From NCBI GenBank assembly GCA_963712115.1, contig CAVQGX010000006.1, forward strand, positions 1 to 64,000: DNA of 64,000 bases. The letters run 5' to 3'. Positions 1 to 10,466 of the stretch are shown piece after piece (the stretch's first letter is position 1; every line of letters begins with the position of its first letter). The translations under genes were made by a program, and so were the position numbers. A model generated the notes under the pieces. It did not search any database. It was not told where the DNA came from and worked only from the letters and a program-made list of their open reading frames with translations. This DNA comes from an uncultured delta proteobacterium (GTDB lineage: Bacteria > Desulfobacterota > Syntrophobacteria > BM002).

Positions 1-223
1 ACCATGCATCTTTACAATGCTGGACTCATCCGCTGTTTATAGTACTTTGATGGTGAGGTTTCTCCGTGACTATACCGGGATGGAAAGTTTCAATAGCTTG
101 ATTTCGAAGCACGACGACAAAAGCAGTGACGAGCTGACTTGCATGTTTGGACCGATGATACATGCCGACAACAAGACATGAGATTATGACTCAAGCGAAT
201 GCCATCATAGTGGATATCAAAGA

Positions 224-823
224 ATGATGTACAGTTGGTACGAGGCCGAGCGCGCGTGGATGAAACAAGGAGTTGCTGCTCAAGAGGCTCTTCACATGAA
301 AGTTGTGACCATTGTTCAGGATCCCTTTGACCGATTGCAATCCTTCTTTGGTTATGTTTATCATACAAGGCTATTGGAAGGATCTGCATACAGAAGCTCA
401 GTATGAACGTGTGCACGCGGGGGACTTTGCCGGTTGGCTCTACCTTTTGTATAGCGAAAAGCACATGCCGCATCATGCACAGTATGAGTATATTCATTAT
501 GATATTGACAAGGCCATTTCTGGTATCACTGGTGATTCACCAAAGGTGATGGTCTTGGTGAATGAGTGCTTCAGGCAAGCTTGAGACTAATGGAAAACAA
601 GTTCACTATCCAAACTGGCGCTGTGGACAACTTTATGCAGTCATCGAGTTTTCATTCCAATCAAGGAAACGAAATCAATGCCACAGAGTCATTGAATCTC
701 GACGAATTACGTGAAAGAAGCAAGCGATACTTCCCAGAAGAGTACAGGTTTTACAATGCTGCGGTTGATCAGCTGAAACGGCAGCTGGATGAGTCTCGGC
801 TGCGTCACTACTGCGACCTTTGA
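224..823 (+). pseudogene. Frameshifted eukaryotic sulfotransferase-like gene (decayed or mis-assembled)
   Basis: Three overlapping ORF pieces (224-406, 312-584, 566-823) join by two frameshifts. VVTIVQDPFDRLQSFFGY resembles the RDPxxRxxS PAPS-binding motif. The C-terminal EYRFYNAAVDQLKRQL resembles sulfotransferase C-termini. Confidence 0.4.
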
Positions 824-1499
824 CCATGGGTAGTAGGAACTGCTGTTCAAAGCATATTGAAAGTACCGATTGTAGGTCCGTATTCTACAGACAATATATG
901 CATAGTTGCATCCAGCAGTCGTAACGCTACTCAGTCTCGGAAAGGAGTTTCAGCATTTGAAACCATTGTTTTGTTTGCATCCGAAGCAATCCCTCGACCC
1001 TTCTCTCCCCCAACGACATGGTATCTTTTATCAAAACTGGCGGGTACATTTAAGTCTGGTTGGGCACATTATTTGAAGTGGGTCCCCGCGGGCGCAGTCG
1101 GCAGCACACCAACATGCTCGCTCAACGCGGGAAAAAGCGTGCGCACCCGCACTTTTTGCTGTGAACCTTGTATGGCTAAAGCCACTTCGTCTAGTTAGCC
1201 CAGTCTCGTTTCCTAGATAGTAGGCTAGGTGTGTTGGTGGTGTGGAGCAATTTGCTGGCATCCACTACCATAGGCCACTAAGAACCTAAGGGAGTGGCAG
1301 GCGGCCCCGCCTTACTTTCAGACCTTCACAAGCAGCGCTTGTTGATCATGTAGTCTATAATAAGAACCCCAATGCAGTAATACATGCGCGGTGACGAGCA
1401 TTCTATGGTTTTATCTAGCAGTAGTCGACGAGATAAGAAGGCCTTGGTTTCTGGTGCAACCAAGCGAGCGCTTGCTTATGCCTGGCGAAGATACGCTCT

Positions 1500-2465
1500 T
1501 CATGGTGGCCTTGGATCGGCCTGAGGCTTGCTGTCCTCTGTGTCGGTTGGCCGGTCCTCGTCATCTCCATCACCGGCAATCACGGCTTGCAATGGGTTCT
1601 CCTCAAGCCATTGTGTGTAGCTGGGAGTTCGTCGGACTGTGATGACTATTCGAGCTCTTTTGAGTTCCCTGTCCCCTCTTTTGCCTCCCGGTGATCCCCT
1701 GCCGCCTCTTTGTCTTGATGGCGGTCTTCCTTCTTGAGTTGACGCATGTGGATGTGTTGGAGGGTGCAACGCGGCTGGAGGCGGAGCAACATGGGCAACG
1801 GCTTGCTGTTGGCCAGTCCCGGATCCAGCTTCAACCGGAGTCGTCTCTTGCCTCTTTCGCTTTGGTTCGACGGTGACATAGGATGTTTGGACCCTAGTAT
1901 GCAACGAGGGGAGAATTTTAGTGTTAGCAGGTTCTCAATGAGTAGCAGTGACCAGATCTGTACCAACAAACTTACCGCACAATTGTAGCTAGCTTCGAAC
2001 GCTCAAGGAGATGAGCCGCGTCAACTGCTGACACAATAGCTCCTTCCAGAGCGGACAGATCAACCATTTCATCTGTGATGAGAAAACGTCTGGCCAGGTT
2101 GAAGAAAGCTGTCGGCCCTCTATTTGCACTGACTGCTATTACCTGCCGCGGTCTCTCGGTAGCATCCTCAGCCGATACGGGCGAGACTTCCGATGGGGCG
2201 CTTGATGTTGGAGCCGTGCCTTCCCCTTGCTCTGATGTCGTTGGGCGAGCAGCCGGTTTCCGGTCATGATCTTCTCGCTTCCCTCATGCTTTGTCTTTTC
2301 ATCTTTGTTATTTTTTCACTTTCTCGTTTAGGGTCTGTTCGAGTGGGACGTTAGCATCTGTTGTGGGTGGTTGCTCCTTTGGGGGCGTTTTCTTTGATGC
2401 CTCCCCGTCGTCCCCTCGTCTTGCCTCGACGAAGATTTGTTTCCTCCCCCTCTCTCTGAGGACAT
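1500..2465 (-). CDS. Alba-domain DNA/RNA-binding protein, spliced (intron 1894-1975); 5' part has apparent frameshift(s)
   Basis: The minus strand reads IAVSANRGPTAFFNLARRFLITDEMVDLSALEGAIVSAVDAAHLLERSKLATIVR, then an 82-nt intron (GTAAG...GCTAAC...TAG), then VQTSYVTV...RARIVITVRRT, the Alba fold signature. The frame breaks at the A-run near 2311-2316. The start at 2465 is tentative. Confidence 0.7.
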
Positions 2466-3143
2466 TCTCTAGTAAAAGCCTACTAGGACTCGGGTGTTGC
2501 ACTTTTCCACAAATCTCGCCACAATTTCGTCTTTGTATGACTTTGGGTTGATCAACATTCTGCGAATACAGCAGAAATTGGACGGCAAAGTTGAAAGGCC
2601 CTTCCAGTTTCATCCAAGTGCACGACTACCACACAGGGAAAGCTCGAATATGGCTTCGATACGGGAGCAGAGGGAGGGGGAGGAGGCCTTTTAGACCTAT
2701 CGTTTCGTCTCGAGGATCGAAATGGTGAGCAGCTATCGGATCCATGACCTTCAATAAGGAAAGATACTCGTAGACTTCTACATACAGGAATTGGTACTGA
2801 AATCCAGAAGAGAAGATTCCCTGCAACTTCGACCCGCGCGAGGGCGCGCAAGTGCACTCTCTTATTGTTGGTGACGTGACAGAACTAAGACAGAATTTCG
2901 AAAAAAATAGTTAATTTCTAAATCTCTTGAAATATTTCAAACGTAAAGGCTTATGAATCAATCACATTTATTAAACAGTAAAAATATCATCGTACAAATT
3001 CCAGAACAATGCAGTTTGCACGAAGTGTAGAGTCCAACCATCAACGACTCGACGCCGCGCGGGCTAGCCCGTCGTCCAACGAAGACTAGCCACGTGGCTG
3101 AAGAAGAGAAGCAACAGAAAACGGTGCTGTCGAGAAGTAGTGG

Positions 3144-4532
3144 ATGGAAGGGCGCGGCAGATCGAGCGGGACCAAGGAAGGAACAGAACGTCGGAGTACT
3201 GTATCGTACCTTCTCACATCTCCCTTCTCTTCCTCCCAGAGCGAGCTCTCTTTGTTCCGTGCTGCCCTTGCTGGCAGGCAAGGAGGTCTCGGCGCCATGG
3301 ACGACCTTGCTTTTTTGGAGAATTCGACAGCAAGTTATGACGATCTCGTTGAGAACGGTCCGCCAATGGATGCACTGGCGTTCGATCCTGCCGTCGTTGG
3401 ACTTGCAGAACGTGTCGATGCTGAAGTGTACAATCCAGTGACGCACACTAGTCTGGAGGTATCGAACATCATCTACGAGCGACACCCCAACGGGAGGCCT
3501 CCGGATCGGGCGTATTGGGTGGGCCGGAAGCTCAAGAACTGTATCTTTGGCGTGGTCAAGTCTTGTACCATCCTCAAATTCCGGAATGATCCGATCATCC
3601 CTTGGGAAGTGACGGAACACAAGGCTGCAGTCAAGATCATGTCTTGGCAAAAGATGCGCGATATCCCACACATTGAAGATCCGCGGAAGGAGGTTGCTGC
3701 GATGCAGTTCGTGTCGAGAGCCGGTATCCATCCTCATGTTATGGGGCCGCTTGACGTGCTCCAAGACGATGAGTACCTCCTCTTGTTCATGCCTTTTTGC
3801 TCCTCAGGTGATCTTTTCAGTTTTGTGCAGCAGGCAGGACGATTCCCTGAGCCCATGGCACGATACTGGTTCAAACAGATTTTGAGCGTGAGTCGTGCCA
3901 ACGGTTGTTTGTGTGCCGGTTGCAGGTCATTCACCTTCTCACTCTGTTTGTGGTGCATTTGTTATTTCCAGGGAGTGAGTCATTTACAGCGCATGGGTGT
4001 GTGTCATCGAGACATGTCACTTGAGAACATTTTGGTCGACGACTATCGAAGATCGATCGTCATTGATCTTGGAATGTGTTTGCGAGTTCCGTTTGTTTCT
4101 GATGACGGCGTCATTACGGATGCTTCTAGGGGAAGGATGCGACTGCTTATGAAGCCAATAATACCATGCGGCAAGCCAAATTACATTTCGCCGGAAATTA
4201 TTAGGAGTGACGGACCTTTTGACGGCTATGCGATTGATCTGTGGGCAGTGGGAGTGATTTTGTTCATCATGTTGGTTGGATTGCCTCCATGGGAATTTGC
4301 CAAAGAAGAAGATCCGCGCTATCGCATGGTTGCCCGAGGGTGTCTTGAACAGATGTTGCAGAGTTGGCGTCGGTCCATCAGTCCCGCCGCGACAGACCTG
4401 TTGCAGAGAATGTTGATGCACGATCCGCGAGATCGATTGTCACTCGATGAAGTTCTAAATCATCCGTGGGTACTTGATGAGACTCCAAGGGTCGCAATGC
4501 CACCTAGGGAGAGGGAGGGATGGAGAGGCTAA
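3144..4532 (+). CDS. Eukaryotic Ser/Thr protein kinase (CAMK-like, stramenopile HRDMSLEN type), intron 3888-3971
   Basis: Motifs AAVKIM, HRDMSLEN, IDLG, GKPNYISPE and DLWAVG are present. Removing the in-frame 84-nt GTGAGT...TTCCAG intron restores FKQILS|GVSHLQ. Confidence 0.9.
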   Translation: MEGRGRSSGTKEGTERRSTVSYLLTSPFSSSQSELSLFRAALAGRQGGLGAMDDLAFLENSTASYDDLVENGPPMDALAFDPAVVGLAERVDAEVYNPVTHTSLEVSNIIYERHPNGRPPDRAYWVGRKLKNCIFGVVKSCTILKFRNDPIIPWEVTEHKAAVKIMSWQKMRDIPHIEDPRKEVAAMQFVSRAGIHPHVMGPLDVLQDDEYLLLFMPFCSSGDLFSFVQQAGRFPEPMARYWFKQILSVSRANGCLCAGCRSFTFSLCLWCICYFQGVSHLQRMGVCHRDMSLENILVDDYRRSIVIDLGMCLRVPFVSDDGVITDASRGRMRLLMKPIIPCGKPNYISPEIIRSDGPFDGYAIDLWAVGVILFIMLVGLPPWEFAKEEDPRYRMVARGCLEQMLQSWRRSISPAATDLLQRMLMHDPRDRLSLDEVLNHPWVLDETPRVAMPPREREGWRG

Positions 4533-5013
4533 TGCCACTACATGGATCGAGTTGATAATACTGTCGCGAGCAGTTGCAGTATTACTTCAGATCGAATTTC
4601 GTTGGCAAACAGGCCTGTCCCGCAACACGTCACGTCACCACGTTTGACTCGCAGACAGTTCAAGCCGCTCTCCGAAACTCGCTCTCTTCTTATGCCATTG
4701 AAAAATGATACAGTACTAACCCTTATCGAAAGTGGCGTCAAAACTAGAGTAGGTACTGAGTAGTAGGTTTGGGTTGTGGCCACGACGGACGAACGGAAAA
4801 TGAAGCGGCCCCGAAACGTTCGACGGACAGACAGTCTGATCCCTGCCAGTATGTAAAAAAATATCACGCCACGGCGGCGACCGCGTTCATGCTGGAATGC
4901 ATGATGGTGTCTGATGGTGTCAGTCTCCATTTTGTTCTTTGCTTTTGAGGAGCATGAAGGGCACGACAAACAAGCGTCGGGTGCTCTGGATATAACTAAG
5001 AAGAGAGGCGAAG

Positions 5014-6424
5014 ATGATGTTCTCGGAGTTCTTTGAACAGGCAGGAAGCCAAGCACCCAAAAATTCGCATTCGCAGAGCGAGAGCCATCCGAGTTCTCCT
5101 TCCCGCAAACCAAAAAAGCGTCGCCGTCGACGACGACGAAGCAGTGGCGATGAGGAAAAGCCTGCAGCATCTGGAGACGCCACGAGCGGTGCAAAGCGAC
5201 ATTCTTCAGGTGCGATGAACAGGAACGCAAAGCGGCAGCGAGTTTCTACAAAGGGACCACCGTCAGAGGAAGCTCTCGCATTATCTGCCAGACTCAAAGA
5301 GTACTCATCGCAGAAGCGATTGAAAGAGGCGCTCGAGCTTTACTGGAGTGAGTCAAACGATCAGATAAGAGATGGGCATCATGCTTGTATCGTGGTAGAT
5401 TGCTGTGGCCGTTGTGGGGATATTGCAGTAAGTAGTGTTGGCGGGAGAACCTTGGCGGTACCGTAACATTTTCGTTTAACCTCGTTCTTGCGCGTTGTTG
5501 TAGGAAGGGGAGAAGATTGTCAATGCAATGAAACGGTCAGGAGTGCATATCAATGTGGAAACAAAAACTGCACTGCTCAAAGGATATGCTCATTCCGGCA
5601 TGATGCACAAGGCGGCAGAACTGTTTAGGAGCATGTGTCTTTCAAAGGGTAAGTCCCCATGCATCTCACGGCTCATCCTCTAGTCGTCACGGACTTACCA
5701 CTTTACACGTGTATATTCAAGTCAAGCGCGACTTTCCCAATGTACGGACCCTAAATACATTACTTCGTGGGTGCCTTTGGACAGCAGCGAGCGCAGGCGG
5801 CGACGGTGATGGGAAGTGCATTCTAACTGGTGGAGTTGTCACCAGTGAAACATGCTGGGAATTGTTTCATAGCTGTGCCTCTAACCAGAAAAAGAAGTAC
5901 GAGAATAGCGGCGTCGTAGACTGCTCGTCGTATGAATACTACATTGCGCAGTTGTGCTATTCTCTCCGGGTAGAGGATGCGAAAGCAAAGATTGATGAAA
6001 TGAAACGACTCTACCAAGTGTCGTCCGGCAAGAGTGGCAAGTTTGATGCAGCTGGAGTAGATCCAAGTCTAATGGAGTCGCTTTGTGTTTCCTTTGTCGC
6101 GTTGGCTCGTGCGATGGCGCTGTTGATGCAGAATGATCAAGCAGCTGCAACGGCTAGATGCGCGTTAGATGCCGCAGAGACTGCGAAGCGATTAATGACA
6201 GAAAAAGACCATGATTTTACATTTGAAGGAAGTGCATCGATGGGAGGTAAGACAGGGCTTTCATCCGCCTCTAAGATTATTGGTGAGATACTCATTGCGT
6301 GGATTTATGTTTTCTGTCCATCTCAGGAAAGCGTAGTTGGAAGAAGAGTGACGATGGGCGAGGCCCTGAAGTGACGCCGCAGCGGCGCTCAGTCTCGAAC
6401 TCTTTGTTCAGGTCGCATCGTTTA
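5014..6424 (+). CDS. Pentatricopeptide-repeat (PPR) protein, 3 introns, truncated at the junction
   Basis: Introns 5428-5503, 5649-5721 and 6247-6326 (GTAAG...AG) keep the frame. PPR-like helices: ACIVVDCCGRCGDIAEGEKIVNAMKRSGV, TKTALLKGYAHSGMMHKAAELFRSM, PNVRTLNTLLRGC. Confidence 0.8.
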
Positions 6425-6430
6425 TGCTTG
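6420..6430. other. Eukaryote/bacterium sequence junction (contig join or chimera)
   Basis: An intron-containing PPR gene and a bacterial USP gene are both cut off here. No repeat or mobile element marks the boundary. Confidence 0.85.
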
Positions 6431-6736
6431 GGCCTTGAGAGCTATGGTCTGAAATACGATCCCCACAGCTGTAATTTTCTCTACAACAAGTCCCTCAGAA
6501 TCGCTCTTAGACAAAAAAATCTCGAGTTTTTCCTTTGCCTGTAAGGACAGTTTCCGGCTGACCTTCTCTTCAGGCTCACCGTTGAGTTCGGCAATTCTCT
6601 CCACGTACCGTATATCCACAACGTGGATCAGATGGATGCCGGCGGAGAACTTCTTTGCGAGATATTTAGCGTAACTGAAAGCCATTTCCGAACTCTTGGA
6701 AAAATCCACCGGTACCAGAATCTTTTCTAGTTTCAC
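6422..6736 (-). CDS. Universal stress protein (USP), C-terminally truncated by the junction
   Basis: Starts KILVPVDFSKSSEMA and ends before the expected DLIVMG motif. Confidence 0.85.
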   Translation of the reverse strand: MKLEKILVPVDFSKSSEMAFSYAKYLAKKFSAGIHLIHVVDIRYVERIAELNGEPEEKVSRKLSLQAKEKLEIFLSKSDSEGLVVEKITAVGIVFQTIALKAQA

Positions 6737-6777
6737 TGTGCCATTCCTGAGTTATCTTCCTCAGTTATTCTCAAATT

Positions 6778-7719
6778 TTACGGCACGATCCACAGGGCAA
6801 AGAGGTCGGCGCGATGAAGCACTTTAGTGGTTACTCGACCCAAAGGAAACTCGTGCACCTTGGACAACCCCCTGCGACCCATAACAATTGTGCCAAATTC
6901 CCCTTCCTTGGCTGTCTCAATAATATCTTCTGCCCGGGACCTACTCTGAAGTGTATATTTGCTCGAGATTCGGCTTTCCTCCACTCCAGCCTCCTCGAGT
7001 CCTCTCTTGTAAGTATCAAACATCTGCTGGACATCCCTCTCCAGCTCTTCCAATATGTTCGCCTCTATCTCTGGCCCTCTGGGGGTGGAAATGTCTAACA
7101 GTTCCAAGCTGAATTCTCTCACTGCGTTGAACAAGGTCACTTCGGCCCCACTGGCAGCGGCGAAGGTACCTGCATAGTCCACCGCCTTGCGTGAGTTATC
7201 TGAGTTATCCACAGCAAGAAGCATTTTTCTCGATTTTATACTATCCCCAACTACCCACACGGGAGTATCTCCAACCGCCTGGACAATCTTGTAGGATACC
7301 GAGCCGAGATAAATGTCTTCAAACTTACCCAATCCCCTTCTTCCCACCACCACCGCATCGTATCCTCTTGAGCTCTCTGCAATGATGTCCCGCGCGATAC
7401 CCACTTGGCGGGGATGGAGAATCACCCGCACATGATCATCTGCTATGCTGGCTCTAGACAGCAGGTCTCTGGCCTGAGCTAGGAACAACTGTGCAGCCTC
7501 CTTTTCCTTGCTCAGGTACTCTTCACGTTTTTTCTCCGTCATTTTCTTGAAAAAACCGGTCTTCTCTAGATCCCACAATGGTTCAGGCGCAGTGGGCATT
7601 ACATAGATCAAGTTCACTTCAAGGTCATCAGGGGGAAAGTTCAGAACCACATAGTGCACCGCATTGAGCGATTGCGATGATCCATCCACCGCAACTAGAA
7701 TCTTCTTGGAGTTGCTCAT
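6778..7719 (-). CDS. Tandem-domain universal stress protein
   Basis: Two USP domains: ILVAVDGS...VVGRRG...LGSVS and MLLAVDNS...VMGRRG...LGRVT. Confidence 0.93.
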   Translation of the reverse strand: MSNSKKILVAVDGSSQSLNAVHYVVLNFPPDDLEVNLIYVMPTAPEPLWDLEKTGFFKKMTEKKREEYLSKEKEAAQLFLAQARDLLSRASIADDHVRVILHPRQVGIARDIIAESSRGYDAVVVGRRGLGKFEDIYLGSVSYKIVQAVGDTPVWVVGDSIKSRKMLLAVDNSDNSRKAVDYAGTFAAASGAEVTLFNAVREFSLELLDISTPRGPEIEANILEELERDVQQMFDTYKRGLEEAGVEESRISSKYTLQSRSRAEDIIETAKEGEFGTIVMGRRGLSKVHEFPLGRVTTKVLHRADLFALWIVP

Positions 7720-7748
7720 ATCTTGCTTCCTTCTAAATGCAAGCTCTT

Positions 7749-7979
7749 TCAGGCCTTACACAAGGCTGGGTGGTTGGGCACGTCCAAAAAAACCCGATCT
7801 AAAATTCTTTCAACTCCCAAGTCTTGCAGAGTCTCTCTGTATCGCTCAGAGCAGTCGATAATTCTTATATAGGCATAACTGTCCTGAAAACGGAAGAGGA
7901 TTTGTAAGAAGACCTCAAAACCTTTTGAGTCGAAATCATCCAAATTGCTCAGATTGATGTAGAGCGACGAACGATTCAC
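7749..7979 (-). CDS. Small STAS-like (anti-anti-sigma-like) protein
   Basis: LYINLSNLDDFDSKGFEVF...IRIIDCSERYRETLQDLGVERIL follows the STAS pattern (lDLsgvdfiDSsG...v.rvlel.Gl..l). The start is uncertain. Confidence 0.5.
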   Translation of the reverse strand: MNRSSLYINLSNLDDFDSKGFEVFLQILFRFQDSYAYIRIIDCSERYRETLQDLGVERILDRVFLDVPNHPALCKA

Positions 7980-8168
7980 TTGCCCATCTTAACTATGACT
8001 TGCAGCCGTTCCATTTCATTCTCCTGACCTCAGGAACAGAAAAAGGATTGTTCTGACTGGATAATCTGGTTTTTGCCCTTCTCCATTTTTCACTAGCCGA
8101 AGATGTGGTGGACATGGACAATGGCGGAGCAACTTAGCCGCCAGATTGGCTCCAACAGGCTTTTTCAT

Positions 8169-8558
8169 TTATTGTATCAACAGCCGAACATTGTGGAGCA
8201 GATCTTGGGGATTGATTGGCTTTTCCATAAACATGTCTGCGGAAATCCAATCCATTTCCTTATCCACAGATCTCTGGTATCCCTTCTCGGCATCGGGTTG
8301 TGCCGAAACAATCATAATGGGAATTTTGCTCAAATCTTTATTTTGCCTCATGGAGGTGGCAAAGTTAAGACCTTCATCCATGGTTGCCATCATGATGTCC
8401 AGAAGCAAAAGGTCCGGCCGTTGTGAAACTAACTTTTCCAGTCCCTCTTTGCTGCTGGAAGCCGTGTCCACTTGATAATCGGACTCTTCCAGTATGGCCG
8501 AACAGATTTCAAGAAAACTGGGATCATCGTCGATGATCAAGATCTTCTTCCGATTCAT
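8169..8558 (-). CDS. Stand-alone response regulator receiver
   Basis: ILIIDDD, LLLLDIMM, VSA and EKP receiver motifs. Confidence 0.92.
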   Translation of the reverse strand: MNRKKILIIDDDPSFLEICSAILEESDYQVDTASSSKEGLEKLVSQRPDLLLLDIMMATMDEGLNFATSMRQNKDLSKIPIMIVSAQPDAEKGYQRSVDKEMDWISADMFMEKPINPQDLLHNVRLLIQ

Positions 8559-10212
8559 TTTCTCTGCTCCCTTCCTGCGATTTAGGCAGTTCTATGACAA
8601 AATTTATCCATTCTCCCCCAACCCCCTCAGCCCATATCTTCCCCCCGTGAAGTTCCACGATTTTACGGCTTATGAAAAGCCCCAGCCCTGTACCTTTGGC
8701 AGCTCCTTTTTGGCTTTGCTGAATTCGGCTGAATTTTTGAAAAAGTTGACCCATCTTTTCCCCCGCCACCCCAGGTCCATCATTCCACACCTCCAACCGG
8801 CAGATAGCTCCCTGATTTTTTGCTCGGAGTCGGATAACACCACCTTCCCGGCCGTACTTACAGGCGTTCCCGATGAGGTTGCCATAGACCACCCGAAGCA
8901 GCTCCTCATCGCCTTCCACCATCACTCCCTCATCCGTCTGGTCTTCCACCCTCATGCGGCTACTGTCGATCAAAGTGCTCAGCGCGGTCAGAGTCGGGGA
9001 CACCACCTCAGAAGCAAGGTGCAACCGCCTGGGTTGGAAAAGCAATTCACCCGTTTCAATTCTGGAAAGGTCTAGATAGTTTTTTACCATCTCCACTGAG
9101 GAGCTGAGATTGCTGTAAATGAGCTTAACCATCCTCTCCTGGGGAGGTGTGAGATCGCCGAAAATGCTCTGGAGCAAGGCTTGAGCGGACATGCTGCTGT
9201 TGGCGATGGGAGTCTTTAGTTCGTGAGATACAAATCTCAGCATCTCCATGTAATTGCGGTTGAGCTTTCTCAGGTCCTCATTTGTAAGCTTCAACTCTTC
9301 CTGATAGAGGTCAAGCTTGTGGATCATGTGGCAAAATGCTGCTGCAAGCTGCTCGATTTCATCTCCCACATTCTCTTTGTAAATTTGGCATCTGCTGCAC
9401 TCTTCTAGCTTGCTTGCGAGTGGTCCAGCCTCAGCCCTGTATGGCGGCTCACTATCCATAAGCCAGCATGGAGGTCTTCCACGCTCATGGGCGGGACAGA
9501 TCTCTTGATTGCAATCTTTAGTCAGCCAACACTCAACCCTCTTGCCCAGATGACCGCACGCCTGGAAATTGCAGGCGATCAGGTCGCGTGTCAGACCGCT
9601 CAATTGCAGTATTGGTCCGGTGATCTGCCGTGAAAACCAGTTGGTGAGGACTACTCCAATAGAAATAATTAGGGCAAGCACGACCAGAAGGATGTTGATT
9701 AGTCGACCCATGGTCTCGTCAACCAGGACTTTGCTGAGCCCGACTCTGACCGTACCTATGCGGTGACTTTCTTCATAGATCGCCATGGCCGTATCGTAGA
9801 CAGCGCCAAAGGAGGTCTTCACCAATTTCGTCTGTTCAATTCGGTCGGCAGGTAGGGGATTTATCCCTATCAGAGACTGAGGAAATGGCTGCAAGAGGGT
9901 GTGGGCGACAACACCCTCAACCTCATTGATGACGAAAACATAGGTAAGGTAAGGCTCCATCCACTTTTCCGTAAAGATCACATCCAGTAGGTTCGGGCGG
10001 TCATCTGCTGTCAGATACTGTTGGGCCCGCTGAGCTATACTCTTGGCAATAATCCCTCCGCGGTTGGTGATCTGATCGCTGAGATTGGGCAAGACCACAC
10101 ACTGGATGCTCAACCACGATACGGTGGCAATAAACAGGACGACCAACACGGTACTTACAGCTATTTTTTGTTTGACTTTCAGTCTTTTGAACCACTTCAT
10201 TAGGGTCCCCAA
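8524..10212 (-). CDS. Membrane sensor histidine kinase with a Cys-rich (two-CW-like) insert in the HAMP region
   Basis: Two TM helices, insert CWLTKDCNQEICPAH..PCW..CSRC, H-box SHELKTP, N-box NLIGNACKY, and G2 GTGLGL. Confidence 0.92.
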   Translation of the reverse strand: MGTLMKWFKRLKVKQKIAVSTVLVVLFIATVSWLSIQCVVLPNLSDQITNRGGIIAKSIAQRAQQYLTADDRPNLLDVIFTEKWMEPYLTYVFVINEVEGVVAHTLLQPFPQSLIGINPLPADRIEQTKLVKTSFGAVYDTAMAIYEESHRIGTVRVGLSKVLVDETMGRLINILLVVLALIISIGVVLTNWFSRQITGPILQLSGLTRDLIACNFQACGHLGKRVECWLTKDCNQEICPAHERGRPPCWLMDSEPPYRAEAGPLASKLEECSRCQIYKENVGDEIEQLAAAFCHMIHKLDLYQEELKLTNEDLRKLNRNYMEMLRFVSHELKTPIANSSMSAQALLQSIFGDLTPPQERMVKLIYSNLSSSVEMVKNYLDLSRIETGELLFQPRRLHLASEVVSPTLTALSTLIDSSRMRVEDQTDEGVMVEGDEELLRVVYGNLIGNACKYGREGGVIRLRAKNQGAICRLEVWNDGPGVAGEKMGQLFQKFSRIQQSQKGAAKGTGLGLFISRKIVELHGGKIWAEGVGGEWINFVIELPKSQEGSRENESEEDLDHRR

Positions 10213-10466
10213 AACCTGGTCCTTTGGGCCAGGTCAGTCCTGCCCGCGGCGGGATTGCCAATAAAGATGGCGATGTGTTTTGGATTACTGGAGTATTGGA
10301 GTTTTGGAAAAAGCTAAAACCGGAAGTTCAATTTGAATAAGTCGTTCTCCTTACTCCATTACTCCATCACTCCATTACTCCAGGAGGCTCCCGCATCAAG
10401 CAAAGACCTTAAAAGCCGCCACTGGGGGGCAGCTCAAAGCAAGGCCCTCCGGGCCTGGATTCTTTA
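10203..10466 (-). mobile_element. AAAGAATCC-family hairpin/MITE-like element, copy C (octamer cargo)
   Basis: Its ends match the copies at 34962 and 47036 (AAAGAATCCAGGCCCGGAGGGCC..GCTTTGAGCTGCCC and TGACCTGGCCCAAAGGACCAGGTTTT). It contains internal GGAGTATT/TTACTCCA inverted octamer arms. Confidence 0.7.

Noticed and set aside
857-1400. ORFs 857-1198 and 1031-1261 as genes
   Set aside because: There are no motifs or splice-supported structure; the region looks intergenic.
1-6424. Horizontal transfer between a diatom-like eukaryote and the bacterium
   Set aside because: Both genes at the boundary are cut mid-domain, the introns are intact and there are no insertion hallmarks. An artefactual join is far more parsimonious.
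7960-8020. Selenocysteine read-through of the TGA in MERLQVIVKMGK*
   Set aside because: Another stop follows within ten codons, and the STAS-like sequence is in a different frame.
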